This document shows, piece after piece, positions 10,720-23,699 of a stretch of 64,000 nucleotides of DNA; within the stretch, counting starts at the first letter, position 1, and the number at the start of each line of letters is the position of its first letter. The position numbers were made by a program, and so were the translations under genes. The stretch is from positions 95,170,001 to 95,234,000 of the forward strand of contig NC_043006.1 of NCBI RefSeq assembly GCF_006345805.1, given 5' to 3'. The stretch is from Octopus sinensis (lineage: Eukaryota). The notes under the pieces were generated by a model. That model had not been told where the DNA came from, did not search any database, and worked only from the letters and a program-made list of their open reading frames with translations.

Positions 10720-13700
10720 AAAGCAATCAAATAAACAAATCACCAAAACAATTAAAACCATCCACTCTCGCCTCAACATTTCTACTTAATGCCCAAGGCA
10801 TCAGCCCTTCCACCAATACACAAAAATGGAAGATAAGATACCTGGAGAACTGGGTCGAGGCCCATCCAAACCACATCCCTTTCTTCGTCCTCACTGAAAC
10901 CCATCTTAGTAACCTTCACTTGGAAGCCGAGGTGAAAGTTAAAAATTTCAAAACCATTCGTGCTGATCGTACTGGCAGAAGAAAGGGTGGGACTGCCATT
11001 TATGTTCATGATTCATTCTCAACAGAAGCCATGAACATATTTTGCAATGGATACTGCGAAGCAGTCGCTGTATTCAGTCAAACCAACAACTTAACAGTAG
11101 TTGGGCTCTACAGACCACCCCAAACGCCCCTACCGTGCTTCAAGGAATGCCTCAACAGCATAAAGTGTTTCATTCAGCAGTGTCAAACCGAACAACATTT
11201 TAATGATGGGAGACTTCAACCTTCCCGGGGTTGACTGGTCTACAACAGTCTGCCGCCAAGTTCTTCTCTCTCAACCCCTGACAGGGAGGCAGTGGAATCG
11301 CTTCTTGACTTCATGGATGATTTCTTCCTGTCCCAACTGGTAGTCGAACCAACGAGATGTCATAAAAACGTCTTAGACTTAATTTTCAGCAATCACACTG
11401 ATACTATCCACAATATTGCAGTGGAGAAAACCCTGCTCTCCGATCATGACATGGTTCTCTATGATCTGAGATTTCACTGGCCAAAATGCAAAACAAATGT
11501 CATCCCTCCTGTTCATCCATTTGACACTATGGATTTCCACAATGCAAACTGGGAAGCGATCAATAATGATCTTGCACAAGTCGATTGGTCCTTCACGCAC
11601 ACATACACACCCACTAACATCAAAAAGTCCTGGCAGTCACTTGTAGACACCATTACGAACATATGTGCAAGACACACCCCATTAAGATCTGCAAACAAAT
11701 CTAAGTGTCGAATCCCTAGAAATAGAAAATCTCTCCTCAGGAAAATTAAAAGAATTAACAAAAAAATCAACAAGCTGAAATACTGTCGACAGCAACACAC
11801 CAACCTGACTGCCATCTCGTCGCTAGAGATTAAAAAACATAAACTCCAAAACAACATGATGTCTATCATCAATAGTCAGCGAAGAGCTGAAGAGGCCTGG
11901 GCCATTGAGAAGATCAAACTCAATCCCAAAGTGTGCTTTTCATTTGCAAAAAAACACAGAGTCACTGGTTCTACTGTTGGCCCTCTGATTGATGAAAATA
12001 GTACTCTTCAAGACAATGCCAAAACCATGGGAGAGATATTGCAGAAACAATATTGCTCTGTTTTCAGCAATCCTGATATGACTGATCTGGGCTGTATCAG
12101 TGATGTTACTCCCCAATACACTTTATCAGACATAACCTTTGACGCTCCTGATGTCTTAGCAGCAATAAAGGAAATGAAGCATAATTCAGCAGTAGGTCCC
12201 GATAGGTTCCTTGCTTGTGTCTTGAAGATGTGTCAAAACCAACTTGCACCCCCTCTAGCCAATCTGTGGCGGAACTCACTGGATGCTGGATATATACCAG
12301 AAGACCTTCTATCCCAGTCTGTTGTCCCAGTTTTCAAAAAAGGAAACAAATCGCTTGCCGTGAATTACCGTCTAATCTCACTCACCTCTCATATCATTAA
12401 GGTATTTGAGAGAGTACTGAGATCGCGTATGACTCACTTCCTTGAGAGTCATAATATGCTGAACCCCAACCAGCATGGATTCCGTAATGGGAGAGATTGC
12501 CGGACGCAGCTACTGCATCATTTTGATGACATTTTGAGAGCCTTGGGAGAGGGTTCCAACACTGATGTCATCTACCTTGATTTCAGCAAGGCCTTTGACA
12601 GGGTTGATCATAAGATCCTTCTGAGAAACTGTCCAATATTGGTGTCACTGGAAAGCTGCTGCAGTGGATCAAGTGCTTCCTGTCTAACAGAACCCAACAT
12701 GTTGTAGTCGAAGGAATCAAATCCAGCCCAGCCAAAGTCAGCAGTGGTGTCCCACAAGGCACTGTGTTGGGCCCACTTCTCTTCATCATCTACATAAATG
12801 ATATTACTGACACCATCAAACACAGTAACATCAGAACCTTCGCTGATGATTCCAAGCTCCAGAAGGTCATCAATGGCGTGGATGACCGAATAAGCCTCCA
12901 GTCAGACCTACTGGCTGTTGTCCAATGGGCGGAAAAGAATAACATGTTGCTAAATGAAGACAAATTCGAACTGATCCACTTTGGAAGGGAGGACGCTCTG
13001 AAACTCCCATACTCTCTGCCTTCTGGAGAAATTCTCATGGCATCCAACAGCATCAGAGACTTGGGAGTAACAGTGGACAACAACATAAGCTGGGCTACAC
13101 ATATAAGCAGCAAAGTTGACATGGCCCGCAGAACGTGTTCCTGGATTCTCAGAACCTTCCAGTCGAGAGATTCCCACACTATTATCCTTCTCTTCTCCAC
13201 TTTTGCCCGACCCCACCTTGAATACTGCTGTCCACTGTGGTCTCCCTACACAAAACAAAATATTATGAGAATTGAAGCTCCCCAAAGGTCAATCACAAAC
13301 AAGATAGATGGCATGTCAGACCTTGACTACTGGGGTAGACTAGAGAAGCTGAAACTGTATTCACTCCAACGACGCCGTGAACGCTACATTATCTGTATGA
13401 TGTGGAAAATATTCCATCAGCACTGTCCGGATGATGTTGGCATCACCTTCAAAATACATCCAAGGCTTGGACCACGTGCCATCCGTCCACAACAAAAATC
13501 TAAATCGCATCACATAACCACAATACGGCACAACTATTTCACCTCAGTTGGACCCGCTCTCTTCAACATTACACCAGGACACGTCAAAAAAGAAACTGAC
13601 CACACAAAATTCAAGAAGTCTTTGGACAAATTCCTTCAAACAGTCTGGGACAAACCACCCACACCCGGATATGTCTCCGCAAACAATAACTCTCTGCTCG

Positions 13701-13726
13701 AATGGGCCTTGGTGCCCAAATCCTGA
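10710..13726 (+). pseudogene. LINE ORF2 (APE endonuclease plus reverse transcriptase) with three frameshifts (~11187, ~11245, ~12625)
   Basis: LLNAQGI, LTETHL, MGDFNLP (shifted frame), SDHD, NQHGFR, YLDFSKAFD, VPQGTVLGP, FADDSK. Confidence 0.95.
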
Positions 13727-13838
13727 ATTGAAATACTTCGCCAGGTGGTGCTATTAAGTTAGACATGGCCTGGGCCAATACTGGTCAAAACCTTTCTAAG
13801 TTATTCAAAGTTATATATATATATATTATATATATATA

Positions 13839-13933
<95 letters not shown>

Positions 13934-13973
13934 ATATATATTATAATATACATACATACACATATATATGTAT

Positions 13974-14008
<35 letters not shown>

Positions 14009-14209
14009 GATATATATATATATATAATATATATATATATACATATATAATAAAGTATACATATATGTATGTATGTATATTTTCTTTACTTTCTTCAGCA
14101 CGAGAGCCGTGGCCATGCTGGTGCACTGCCATTAACTTTGCTAGATGTTCATTCTATGAAACCTCCTCTTATATTTGGCATTTGGTGAATGAAGGATTTC
14201 GATGGTGCT

Positions 14210-14990
14210 GCTTTTATCTGCGTTTTTTGCGACGTGGAATGTTCATCTTGAACTCGACAGAAGATCTAGTTTTGGTTTGAAGACGCCTACATCCATCCCA
14301 TGTAGGTGTCTCAAGCTTTTCGCGAGGATATTGCAAAGCTCTGGGCCTTTGAAATCCAAGCTGTTGCAGTATCTGATCCTGAGTCTTGATGACATTGAGA
14401 ATTTTAGGTACTCTGCTGTTTGTGTAACTTTCAATGTCAATGTTTGGCAGAGGTTTTTCTGGAATTTTGCGGATGAACATCACTGCACATCTTTTCTACC
14501 TTCGTTGTAGAGAGTAGAGACTTAACTTTTTCAATCTCTCTCAGTAGCTGACAGTAATCTAAACAGCTGGGGATAAATGTCCCCCAAAGGAACATTATTG
14601 TTCTCTCTTCTCTTGTTCTGAATGTTCTAAAACTTTATCCGGTCCAGGTCTGAATTTTATTGCCAACTTGGTAATATGCACCTGAAAATATGCATCATTA
14701 CGCAGGTTAACACCTTCTGATTTTGCAATCCCTCCTAGGTCACTGAATCCTATCTGCATTTCATCCTGCTTCGTACATTGGCAAGGCAGGGCTTGAAATT
14801 TTGTAGCATTAAACTGCATGTTATTGCCCTCAGCCCTCCGGTATATTGAGTCCAACCCCTGTCACAGGTGCACATCATCACCTGGGTTCCATATCTTCTG
14901 AGAGACTGTTGTATCATCTGCGTACCTAGCAAGGATGGCTGCCTGAGCAGCTGAAGGCATGATCAGAGGGCTACTACGAATAGCGATAAC
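14210..14990 (-). pseudogene. Decayed CR1-like RT and C-terminal remnant
   Basis: YADDT, NNMQFNATKF, RYCNSLDFKGPELCNIL. Confidence 0.85.
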
Positions 14991-14994
14991 CCAG

Positions 14995-15340
14995 ACTTCC
15001 ACACACGCCAGCTTAATTTAATTCGTCCTTAGTCGAAAATCACCTGTTGTTATGTCCTGTTAATTGCATTTGTATTTGTGTAACATTTCTCTGGGGGTTT
15101 TTTCCCGTCTTTGTTTACGTATACATTCGCTGCTTTCTTCCATGGATTCCAATACTCGTAGCTTAGTTTTTCCTTGGGGCAGATTGCAGCAATCTCGAGT
15201 ATAACCAACCGAAATTGCAAATATAATTTGGAACTCGACTGAGGATAGAGAACTCTGAACGACCCGTCATTGTTTTCTTTGTATTGTCTGTCTGGATGTT
15301 TTGCGTTCTTGTCTCATTTTTGTATTATATAAATATCTTC
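14995..15340 (+). mobile_element. pLTR-like element (family D) with decayed HHR motif near 15236-15275
   Basis: CTGAGGA tAGAGaaCTCT GAA CGACCCG TC; the motif is incomplete. Confidence 0.35.
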
Positions 15341-15344
15341 CATT

Positions 15345-15587
15345 ATTCTAGTATTTTGTTTCGGTCATGTGAAAGCGGCAATTCTGGAACACCTCTTTAA
15401 GGGGGTTTAGTCGAACAAATCGACAACAAGGACTTATTCTTTGTAAACTTAGTACTTATTGTATCGGTATCTTTTGCCAAACCACTAAGTTACGGAGACC
15501 TAAACACACCAACATTTGTTGTCAATTGATGGTGCGGGAGACAAACACAGACACAAAGAAACAAATACACACACACGCACACACGCA

Positions 15588-15618
<31 letters not shown>

Positions 15619-15750
15619 CGACGGGCTACTTTCAGTTTCCGTCTATGAAATCCACTCACAAGGATTTGGTCGGCCGGAGGATGTAGTAGTAGTTGCGACA
15701 CAGTGGAAATTCATCCGGAACCATGTGATTGGGAAGCAAGCTTCTTACCG
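15345..15750 (-). mobile_element. tRNA-derived SINE
   Basis: Reverse-complement match to the 9289 copy. Confidence 0.85.
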
Positions 15751-16018
15751 CAAACTCTCTCTCTCACACACACACGCACACACTTGTTCTTCACTCATTT
15801 ATTATTGTTCAGATTTTATCTAATACAAACTGTCTGGAAATCACTCATCACACGTCGCTGACCTCTTCTGCAAGATTTCTAGATTTCTATCCGACGTGCA
15901 TCCTCCTAATCTGGAAGGATACACGTGGGGTAGAAGTGTTGGTGAAGATAAGCGACAATCGATTTCCAGACCAAAGACATAAGGTAAAATAAGAGCAATA
16001 ATAAATGAGTGAAGAACG

Positions 16019-16066
<48 letters not shown>

Positions 16067-16779
16067 TAATAAATAAAATATATGCATACATACAAACATA
16101 TATGTGCGTACTGACATCTACATGTATATATACATGCATATATAAATATGTATACGTGAGTACAGACACCACAACTAGATGTAGAACTCAACGAAAAACG
16201 AAAACGGACAGCCATTTTTTTACAACAAAACAACAGAGACGAAACGAAAACGGGAAAACATTATTTTTTACAACAGAAAAACAAGGTACAGGACACACCA
16301 CACAAGGAAAAAATCCCCAATCATCAGCTGTCACTAGCAGACTCAAGCGTGTTTCGAAGGCAAAACAGGACACGACTCGTCAATAACTAGGCCTTCCTGC
16401 GAGAGAATTAAAATAAAATAACCTCGCAGAGGGGTAAAACAAGCACGAAAAAAATGTAACACAATAGAACTGCACAATAAAATACAAGATAAAAATACAA
16501 AATTAAAATACATGTACAAGAAAATACAAAACGAGAGATAAAATACAATACGAGAAATCAAAATAAACAGGAAAACAAACGAAAAAAAAACAAACTAAAC
16601 TAAGGCCTTTGTTCTGGCTGGGACGAAAGAGGTACTGAGCGAGCGCAGGGAAAAATATGACCTTACGGCCTGAAAGCAACGTGCAAAAGAATTAGCAGTG
16701 ACCAAAGTGAGAGAGAGAGAGAGAGAGATAGGGGAAGACACGCGCATTTTTTTCGTGCTTGTTTTACCCCTCTGCGATG

Positions 16780-16812
<33 letters not shown>

Positions 16813-16815
<3 letters not shown>

Positions 16816-17320
16816 CTTTTATTAGTGGGGTTTTATTTCCGTGGATGGTAAGCATACAGAATAGCACATTCCAAAATTTATCCAAGAACACAGAGTTGCA
16901 TGGCGCCAGATTGCATAACTTCCATTGTTACGTTATAGCTAAGGGTTTGTAAGAACCAAGTAGAAAGACGAATTGAATTATATACACACACTTACACATA
17001 CACACAGAAGTATATGTATTTATGTAAATAAAATTGTATACACACACGTATATATATGCGTATGTATACACATAAAGATTGACAGTATAATGGGGGAAGA
17101 CTTTCCTCCATCTCTAAAAAATATAAATTCTTTATTAAATTAGAATGTTTCCCATTTTAAAAATAACAGAAAATATCATGTAATATGAAATACAATATTT
17201 CCGAATAATGACACATTTCCACATCTACAACATTTTACATATAAAAAAATTAAATATTGATGCAAGGCGAAAGAACGACAAAAATATATGAAAATGATAT
17301 AACACAGAGAGAGAAGAATA
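16813..17320 (-). repeat. Inverted copy of 9850-10360
   Basis: Direct sequence comparison. Confidence 0.95.
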
Positions 17321-18699
17321 GGTGGAACAAAAATTGGAAACGTCTAGACTGTAGCTATAAATAGCTTGGCAATAATAACAATATAATACATTTCTCCCTG
17401 TGCCATATATATATATATGATATATGATTATTTCTTTAATAACTAATAATTTAAAATTTAGTTATAGCTGTATCAAAACGAGCGCAAATACAAAAACATG
17501 AAGAGAAATAATGAATAATACGAAACATAAATCAGATCTTTAAATAGCAGTAGAAATCCTGCTTTCTCGTTTCCCAATGATAACGCTTGATATATGTACT
17601 AAAATACCATCAACTGATGGCATAAACATGTCTCTATATAAATCCTTAAATCCTTAAAATGTTTAAGCCCGAAGGCCGCGGCCATGCTAGACATGCACAA
17701 TTAACTCAATCCTACACATCCAGAAAGAAATTAAAATTTTAGTTTCAAAACAATAGACCTGGTAATTGAATTGGCTCTGAAATTTATTCGCAGTCAACCC
17801 TTCAAAATGTTGAACGTGTCTAAATAGAGGCAGGATAATAAATTGATATATTAAAATATTTCCCCCGTCAATGGACAGGCTAAGCACATAACCAGCCATG
17901 CGAAACATTGATATAAGCGAAAATATAACCTATATTCATACAGCAATAATTTTTCATCACACTTTCTCTACTCCACTGACGATCGACAGCTGGAAACCCC
18001 TCATGGCCATTCGACCTTCTATATATGTAGCAACGACATAACTTCTCTAAATCACGCCCTACTGTCTCAAAATATAGATAGGATGCATTGGAAAATGTAG
18101 TTCAGTGTCTGAAAGAGATTTAGAATGGTTTTTGCTGAAATGCTTTTAATCATAAATCTCTGTAGAAAGGCTGAACAACAGATTAAGCACGAGTCATCAT
18201 TCTAAGGTCATCTTTAACAATAACATCGGATGATAGGAGGAAATGTAAAATAAAAAGGAGAGTAACAGTATTCAAGACATCAGCTGGGCCATTCTTTCAT
18301 TTATCAACTGTAAGAAACAATGCATGTATTATAGAAAGTTCAAGATCCACGAAATGATATATTTGTTTCGTCCATACATGCATACTTACATGCATACATA
18401 CATAAATATATACATATATACCAACATACATACATATATACAAACATGCATACATACACATACAAATAGGTAAATAGATAGATAAATATGTAAGTAGGTA
18501 GGTATGTAGGTAGTTAGATAGGTATGTATGTATGTATGTATGTATGTATGTATGTATGTATGTATGTATGTATGTATGTAGGTAGGTAGGTAGGTAGGTA
18601 GGTTGGCTGGTTGTTAGATAGGTAGATAGATATATAGTTAGATGGACGGGGGATACCTCGGATAGTCCGTCGATGAAGAGCGCGGCTCCCCGCGTGAAA

Positions 18700-18940
18700 A
18701 AAAAGGCGGCGAGCCGGCAGAAACGTTAGCACGCCGGGCGAAATGATTAGCGTTATTTCGTCTGCCGCTACGTTCTAAGTTCAAATTCCACCGAGGTCGA
18801 CTTTGTCTTTCATCCTTTCGGGGTCGATAAATTAAGCACCAGTTGCTCACTGGGGTCGATGTAATCAACTTAATCCCTTCGTCTGTCCTTGTTTGTTCCC
18901 TGTATGTTTAGTCCCTTGTGAGCAATAAAGAAATAAGATA
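18700..18940 (+). mobile_element. Second SINE family (Meta-like core), near full length
   Basis: gagccggcagaaacgttagc...gtcgactttgtctttcatcctttcggggtcgataaattaagcacc...aataaagaaataaga. Confidence 0.85.
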
Positions 18941-19284
18941 GATGGATAGATGGAACTCAATTGACTAGGCTATCGGATGTTAATACAGAACATTGCTCAC
19001 AGTATGCTCCTCGGATTGTTTTAGCTTTCAAGTGATGCCACCCACCAGGTTAGGGACGCCAGTCTATTGTACGTTGACCGATCGACAGCTGTGTGGGTTG
19101 GAGACGTATAAGATGACGTGCTTTGCTCAAAAGTACAATGCGCTGCCGATCTTGCTATCGTGCTTGCGACATCCTAGTGACCAGGACGCGTAGCCTCACG
19201 CACCCTCGCGCGCACACCCATACCCGCACCCACGTATTCTGACAACAAATGCAAAACCATATTCACGAGTTTCTTCCATCTTAC

Positions 19285-19356
19285 CTTTGCAGAAAAATTA
19301 TTAGGCTTCCAGAATCTACCAAACGGGTTTCTTGGAGAGCAGTAATTTCTATTCAT
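19285..19356 (-). CDS. Candidate first coding exon of an unidentified host gene
   Basis: ATG at 19356; MNRNYCSPRNPFGRFWKPNNFSAK ends at a phase-0 consensus donor AAG|GTAAGA; lies in CpG-rich non-repeat sequence. Confidence 0.3.
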
Positions 19357-20110
19357 ATGCCGAAGAACTAATCGAAGAACTGCTGCTGTTGTTGTGAAGC
19401 AACAAGACGGGTAAGGGTGATTAAGTGATGGTCTAGGGTTTAGGGGCGGGTGGCCACAGACCTAGGAAAAAAAAATTTGGTCGTCTTGTTGTAGTCGAGG
19501 GCTGTTCGTTGACGCCCGACACGACAGGGAGGTGGCCCTAGAAGTCGCTGGAAATGGAGATCTCCAGGTCCAAATACTTGAACGGCTGCTGCTGCCGCTT
19601 CTGCTACTGTTGTTAGTGTTATTGCTGTCTGTTTTGTTTGCGACTGTTCAATTACGAGTATCCTAAACTCCTATGCACCCAGTCAAGCAAATGCAGCAAT
19701 TTGCTGACTTAGGGCTGCTCTGTTTAAGGTGCTAAGATGCTGTAAAATAAAGTTAAATAACCTGCCCCAACGTCAGAAACAACATTCAATTCCTTGCTAC
19801 ATTCTAAACTGAAGGCGTATAACATGAATCTGTTGTTAACCCTGTCGTATTTGTTGCTTAGAATTTCCAATCCATCTCCCTTATTTAAACAAATGAGTAA
19901 AGAAATTGGACTGCCATACGCCAGAACATCCCTTTCGGCCTTCCTTAATTATCAAAGAAAGGACAGACAGAATACTTGTTACAATAAGATGACTGTCGTA
20001 GCTGTCAGAATAAATCAGCACAAGACTATTAAACTATTAATGTATTTATAAATAAATAACAATATTTGCCACAAACCTGTGATATATATAAGAAACAGAT
20101 ATGTAAAATA

Positions 20111-20506
20111 TCTTTATATATAAAGGTCAAGTTGTGTGTCTGTCTCCTACGATTTAGATTCCTAACTACTCCCACATTTTGCGGTGCAGTTTAACCAAAA
20201 CCGGGTATCTTATAGTCGTGAATCATATCGAGCCCTTCTGGGTATTAGCGCGCGTCTACGATGAGTCTACGATTTAAAAAAAAATTACCATCATTTTTTT
20301 CCATTTTAATGCATTTTTTCGCTATTATATAAAGGGAAGTAACTCTCTCAAAAAGTTCAAGATGAGTCAACGGTTTTTAAAAAAAATTACCATAATTTTT
20401 TTCCATTTTTAATGCATTTTTTTGCTATTTTTTGGCTATAACTCTCTAAAAATGCTTATATAGTTATTTCCCTTACAAACCTAGCAACGCCGGGCGAAAC
20501 TGCTAG
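20111..20506 (+). mobile_element. Non-autonomous Helitron-like element
   Basis: A|TC 5' end, 3' GC-rich hairpin then CTAG|T, no TSD; homologous to 21648-22160. Confidence 0.85.
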
Positions 20507-20761
20507 TAAATAATAAATCTATATAAAGTGCATGGATACAAACAATATATGAAGCGAACACATACACAAAGAAGCACAAGAAATTTAACGGACAGCCACA
20601 ACAATACCAACAACACGAATAACAACGACAGCAGCAGCGGAAGTGACAGCGATGGCAATAACAACAACAGCAGCAACCACGATGGCAATACCGGGGGAGA
20701 ACACACAAACATAGAGAGATGAAGGAATTGTACGAAATTTTCGGGTCTTAGGTGAGATGAT

Positions 20762-20808
<47 letters not shown>

Positions 20809-21064
20809 ACACACATACACACACATGCACACACACAAACACGGACGCAAGTAAGGCTATACATCTTAGCAGAACAGAATGGAGTAAGTGAAGCAAGAGC
20901 ACACGCAAAAATGAAAAGTGCCGTTGATGAGGTCACAGACGTGTGACGTGAAATTGTGGACAATGGAGATGAGTTAAAAAAAAAGAACGTTAATAAACGT
21001 ATGAAAACCAAATATATATATAGTGTGTGTGTTTATTTGGCAAATATATATATATATATATATG

Positions 21065-21215
21065 AATAAATGAAAGAATGGAGTCGAACGAAGATGTTAA
21101 CAAAATTCCATTACTCTCGACACATGTTTTTTGACGTGAATTTGCTACTCAGGTTTCGGTTAAACGAATTTTCCATGCTGACGATAAACAGGATAATTCA
21201 TTCACCTACTTATAT
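21065..21215. mobile_element. Rearranged family-B pLTR remnant
   Basis: Minus-strand tail starting at AAACATGTGTC (stem III), joined to a plus-strand distal tail tttgctactcaggtttcggttaa. Confidence 0.6.
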
Positions 21216-21647
21216 ATATATATATATATGTATGTATATAGTGCCTTTAAACGCAACACATCCATTTCAGATGTTATTTCCGATATTTTCAAATGTCGCA
21301 CTAACTTGCCAGTTACGAGGTATTAGCATTCAGTGTGATATACAAATGGTTATTTGAATCCTGATTCAGCTTGGCAGATATTTGCTACATCAGTGATTAT
21401 TTGCAGTTGTTTTATATCGTTGGCGACATATCACGTCTTGGAATGCGTTTTGCAACGGGCATAAGCTACCGATAAAATCCAACAAAACAAAATGTCGCCT
21501 AGCAATTTCAATAGCCGATGTTTGAAAATTTTTTTAACACAGTGCGTTCATATGACATATATTTTGCGTATAAAAAGCACAGTAATTTTGCCTCACACGA
21601 TATAGTAACACTAAGTACGTTGCACATGTAACTGTCTTAAATCTAAA

Positions 21648-22160
21648 CTAGCAGTATCGCCCGGCGTTGCTCGGGTTTGTAAGGGAAATAACTATATAAG
21701 CATTTTTAGAGAGTTACTTCCCTTATAGATGCCAATTCGGGCTTTCTTAGTCATTTCTGTTTTGGTGTCTTCAAGCCATGAAGTCGTTGTTCTAAAAGAA
21801 CGCTGGTCTCCTTGACAACGCTTTACGACGTTGATTTCCTTACACTCCCTTCCCCACAGCTTCACGAGGGAGGGAAGAAGGGGAAGAAGCAAACAGGTTC
21901 AGGTGTGACCATGGACGCCAACTCCGCCGCCATCGACACACGAAAAATTATGCATTAAAATGGAATAAAAAATGATGTTGAATTATTTTTAAAATCGTAG
22001 TCTCATCGTAGACGCGCGCTAATACTCAGACGGGCTCGATATGAATCACGAGAATAAGATACCCGAATTTGGTTAAACTGCACCGCAAAATGTGGGAGTA
22101 GTTAGGAATCTAAATCGAAGGGGACAGACACTCACACAACTACAGTTTTATATATATAGA
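21648..22160 (-). mobile_element. Non-autonomous Helitron-like element (longer form)
   Basis: Minus strand: A|TCTATATATATAAAA ... CCCGagcaacgcCGGG cgatactg CTAG|T. Confidence 0.85.
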
Positions 22161-22254
22161 TGTAGTAAATAGTGTTCGTTATGGTAGAAAGAGCAAGGAA
22201 CTCTAGTTTATGAATGGATTTTAATGATAGAGTAAATGAGCAAATTCTTTAATT

Positions 22255-22655
22255 CTTTTATTCTTTTACTTGTTTCACTTATTCGAATGCGGCCATGCTG
22301 GAGCACCGCCTTTAGTCGATCAAATTGACCGTATGACTTATTGTTTGTAAGCCTACTACTTATTCTATCTGTGTCTTTTGCCGAACCGCTAAGTTAGGGG
22401 AATGTAAGCACACCATCATCGGTTGTCAAGTGATGTTGTGTGGGGTAAAAACAAGGACACACAAACATACGCATACACACATACACACATACACACACAT
22501 ACATATATATATACGACGGATTCCTTTCAGTTTCCGGCTACCTAATCCACTCATGAGGCTTTGGTCGATCCGAGGCTACAGTAGAAGACACTTGCCCAAG
22601 CTGACGCACAGTGAGACTGAACCCGGAACCACGTGGTTGAGAGGCAAGCTACTTT
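22255..22655 (-). mobile_element. tRNA-derived SINE
   Basis: Reverse-complement match to the main family. Confidence 0.85.
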
Positions 22656-22728
22656 ATTTCATACAATTTGCCAGAGGGGCATGACATAGAGTGACTCCGG
22701 GCTGGACAATTACATTAATGGGATGAAA

Positions 22729-23699
22729 TCAATATAAACATATTAATGAGGGAAACGAACGGCGCCCGCCAACCGCCGTCTCCCCAAAACGATGTTCTTT
22801 TTTAGAATAAGCAGATTGGGGTTTCAAACCTCTTATCATTTTACAATGACGAGGCTTTCCTGCCTCATACGCGTAGTCCTTTTCTTCAAAACCTTCTTCA
22901 AATTCAGTATCGCTTCTGATCCCGTACCCTGCCATTTCCCACGCCTCACTCAAGTATAAAGCTTGTGTCGTGCCGGTGCCACCCGGCCATAAGCGATACT
23001 CCTCTCTGAGTTCCTTCAGCCTTTGCACCACGGGCGCCTTTATGACCTCCACAGCTATTTCTGGAGGCCACTCGGGATCCCGTGTGTAGGCCAGAACTAA
23101 TCCCTCTTGGTGCTTCTCCACCACCTTCTCCAACACTCGCTCCTGTAGAAGAAGATAAGTAATTCTTCTCCTTTAAGTGGTGGGGTAGTCACTTCCACCG
23201 TCGGTGGCACAATTTCCACCGACGAAGATCCGGGTCGAAGACCCAATCAGCCACCGGTAATAGCTTTACACTGAGGAGCTTGGTGTTGCTGCCACCCAGA
23301 CCCCAGCGGATAGTGTCCGCTATCCACCCTGGTTCTATATTGAGTGGCAGCCCGCAGAGCTAAGCCTTCATCAATTTCCTCCCACAATACGTGGGAAGAA
23401 ATAATATCTTATTGCCCTCCTGGGGCTGGCTCGCAAAAAGTACGAGCTTCCACCGGCATGTCAAGTAGCAACCAAATCGTTGCATGTCCGATACCCCGGG
23501 TAATAAACTTCACAGTTGGTGGATAGTCTGTTAACTCCTTTTCAATTTCCTGCTTGGAGAAGACGGCTATGGCCTCGAGAACTTTCGAGTACGTTCTCAA
23601 CACCACCGTCTTCTCCTCTTGCTGTTTAAGCCACTCTTTGGGTTGGATAATCTCCCACTTCAAAGCAGTGCTTTACCTGTTGTTCTTGTTGTCCGTCAT
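22729..23699 (-). pseudogene. Disrupted ORF resembling an L1/Tx1-type ORF1 (gag-like)
   Basis: ATG at 23699 is in frame (one stop) with KWEIIQPKEW..VKFITRGIGHAT, shifts to ILFLPTYCGRKLMKA*LCGLPLNIEPGWIA, and continues as the 23136-22729 ORF. Family assignment is from memory. Confidence 0.5.

Larger units (their letters stand above)
10427..13812 (+). mobile_element. CR1-like non-LTR retrotransposon, 5'-truncated in ORF1, inserted in (TA)n
   Basis: APE endonuclease and RT motifs, CR1-type C-terminus (RPHLEYCCPLWSP, LKLYSLQRRRERY), short 3' UTR ending ctaagtt attcaaagtt; (TA)n on both sides. Confidence 0.95.

Noticed and set aside
16290-16380. Type II hammerhead on the minus strand (GAAA...TC...CTGATGA)
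   Set aside because: Stems I, II and III do not pair convincingly.
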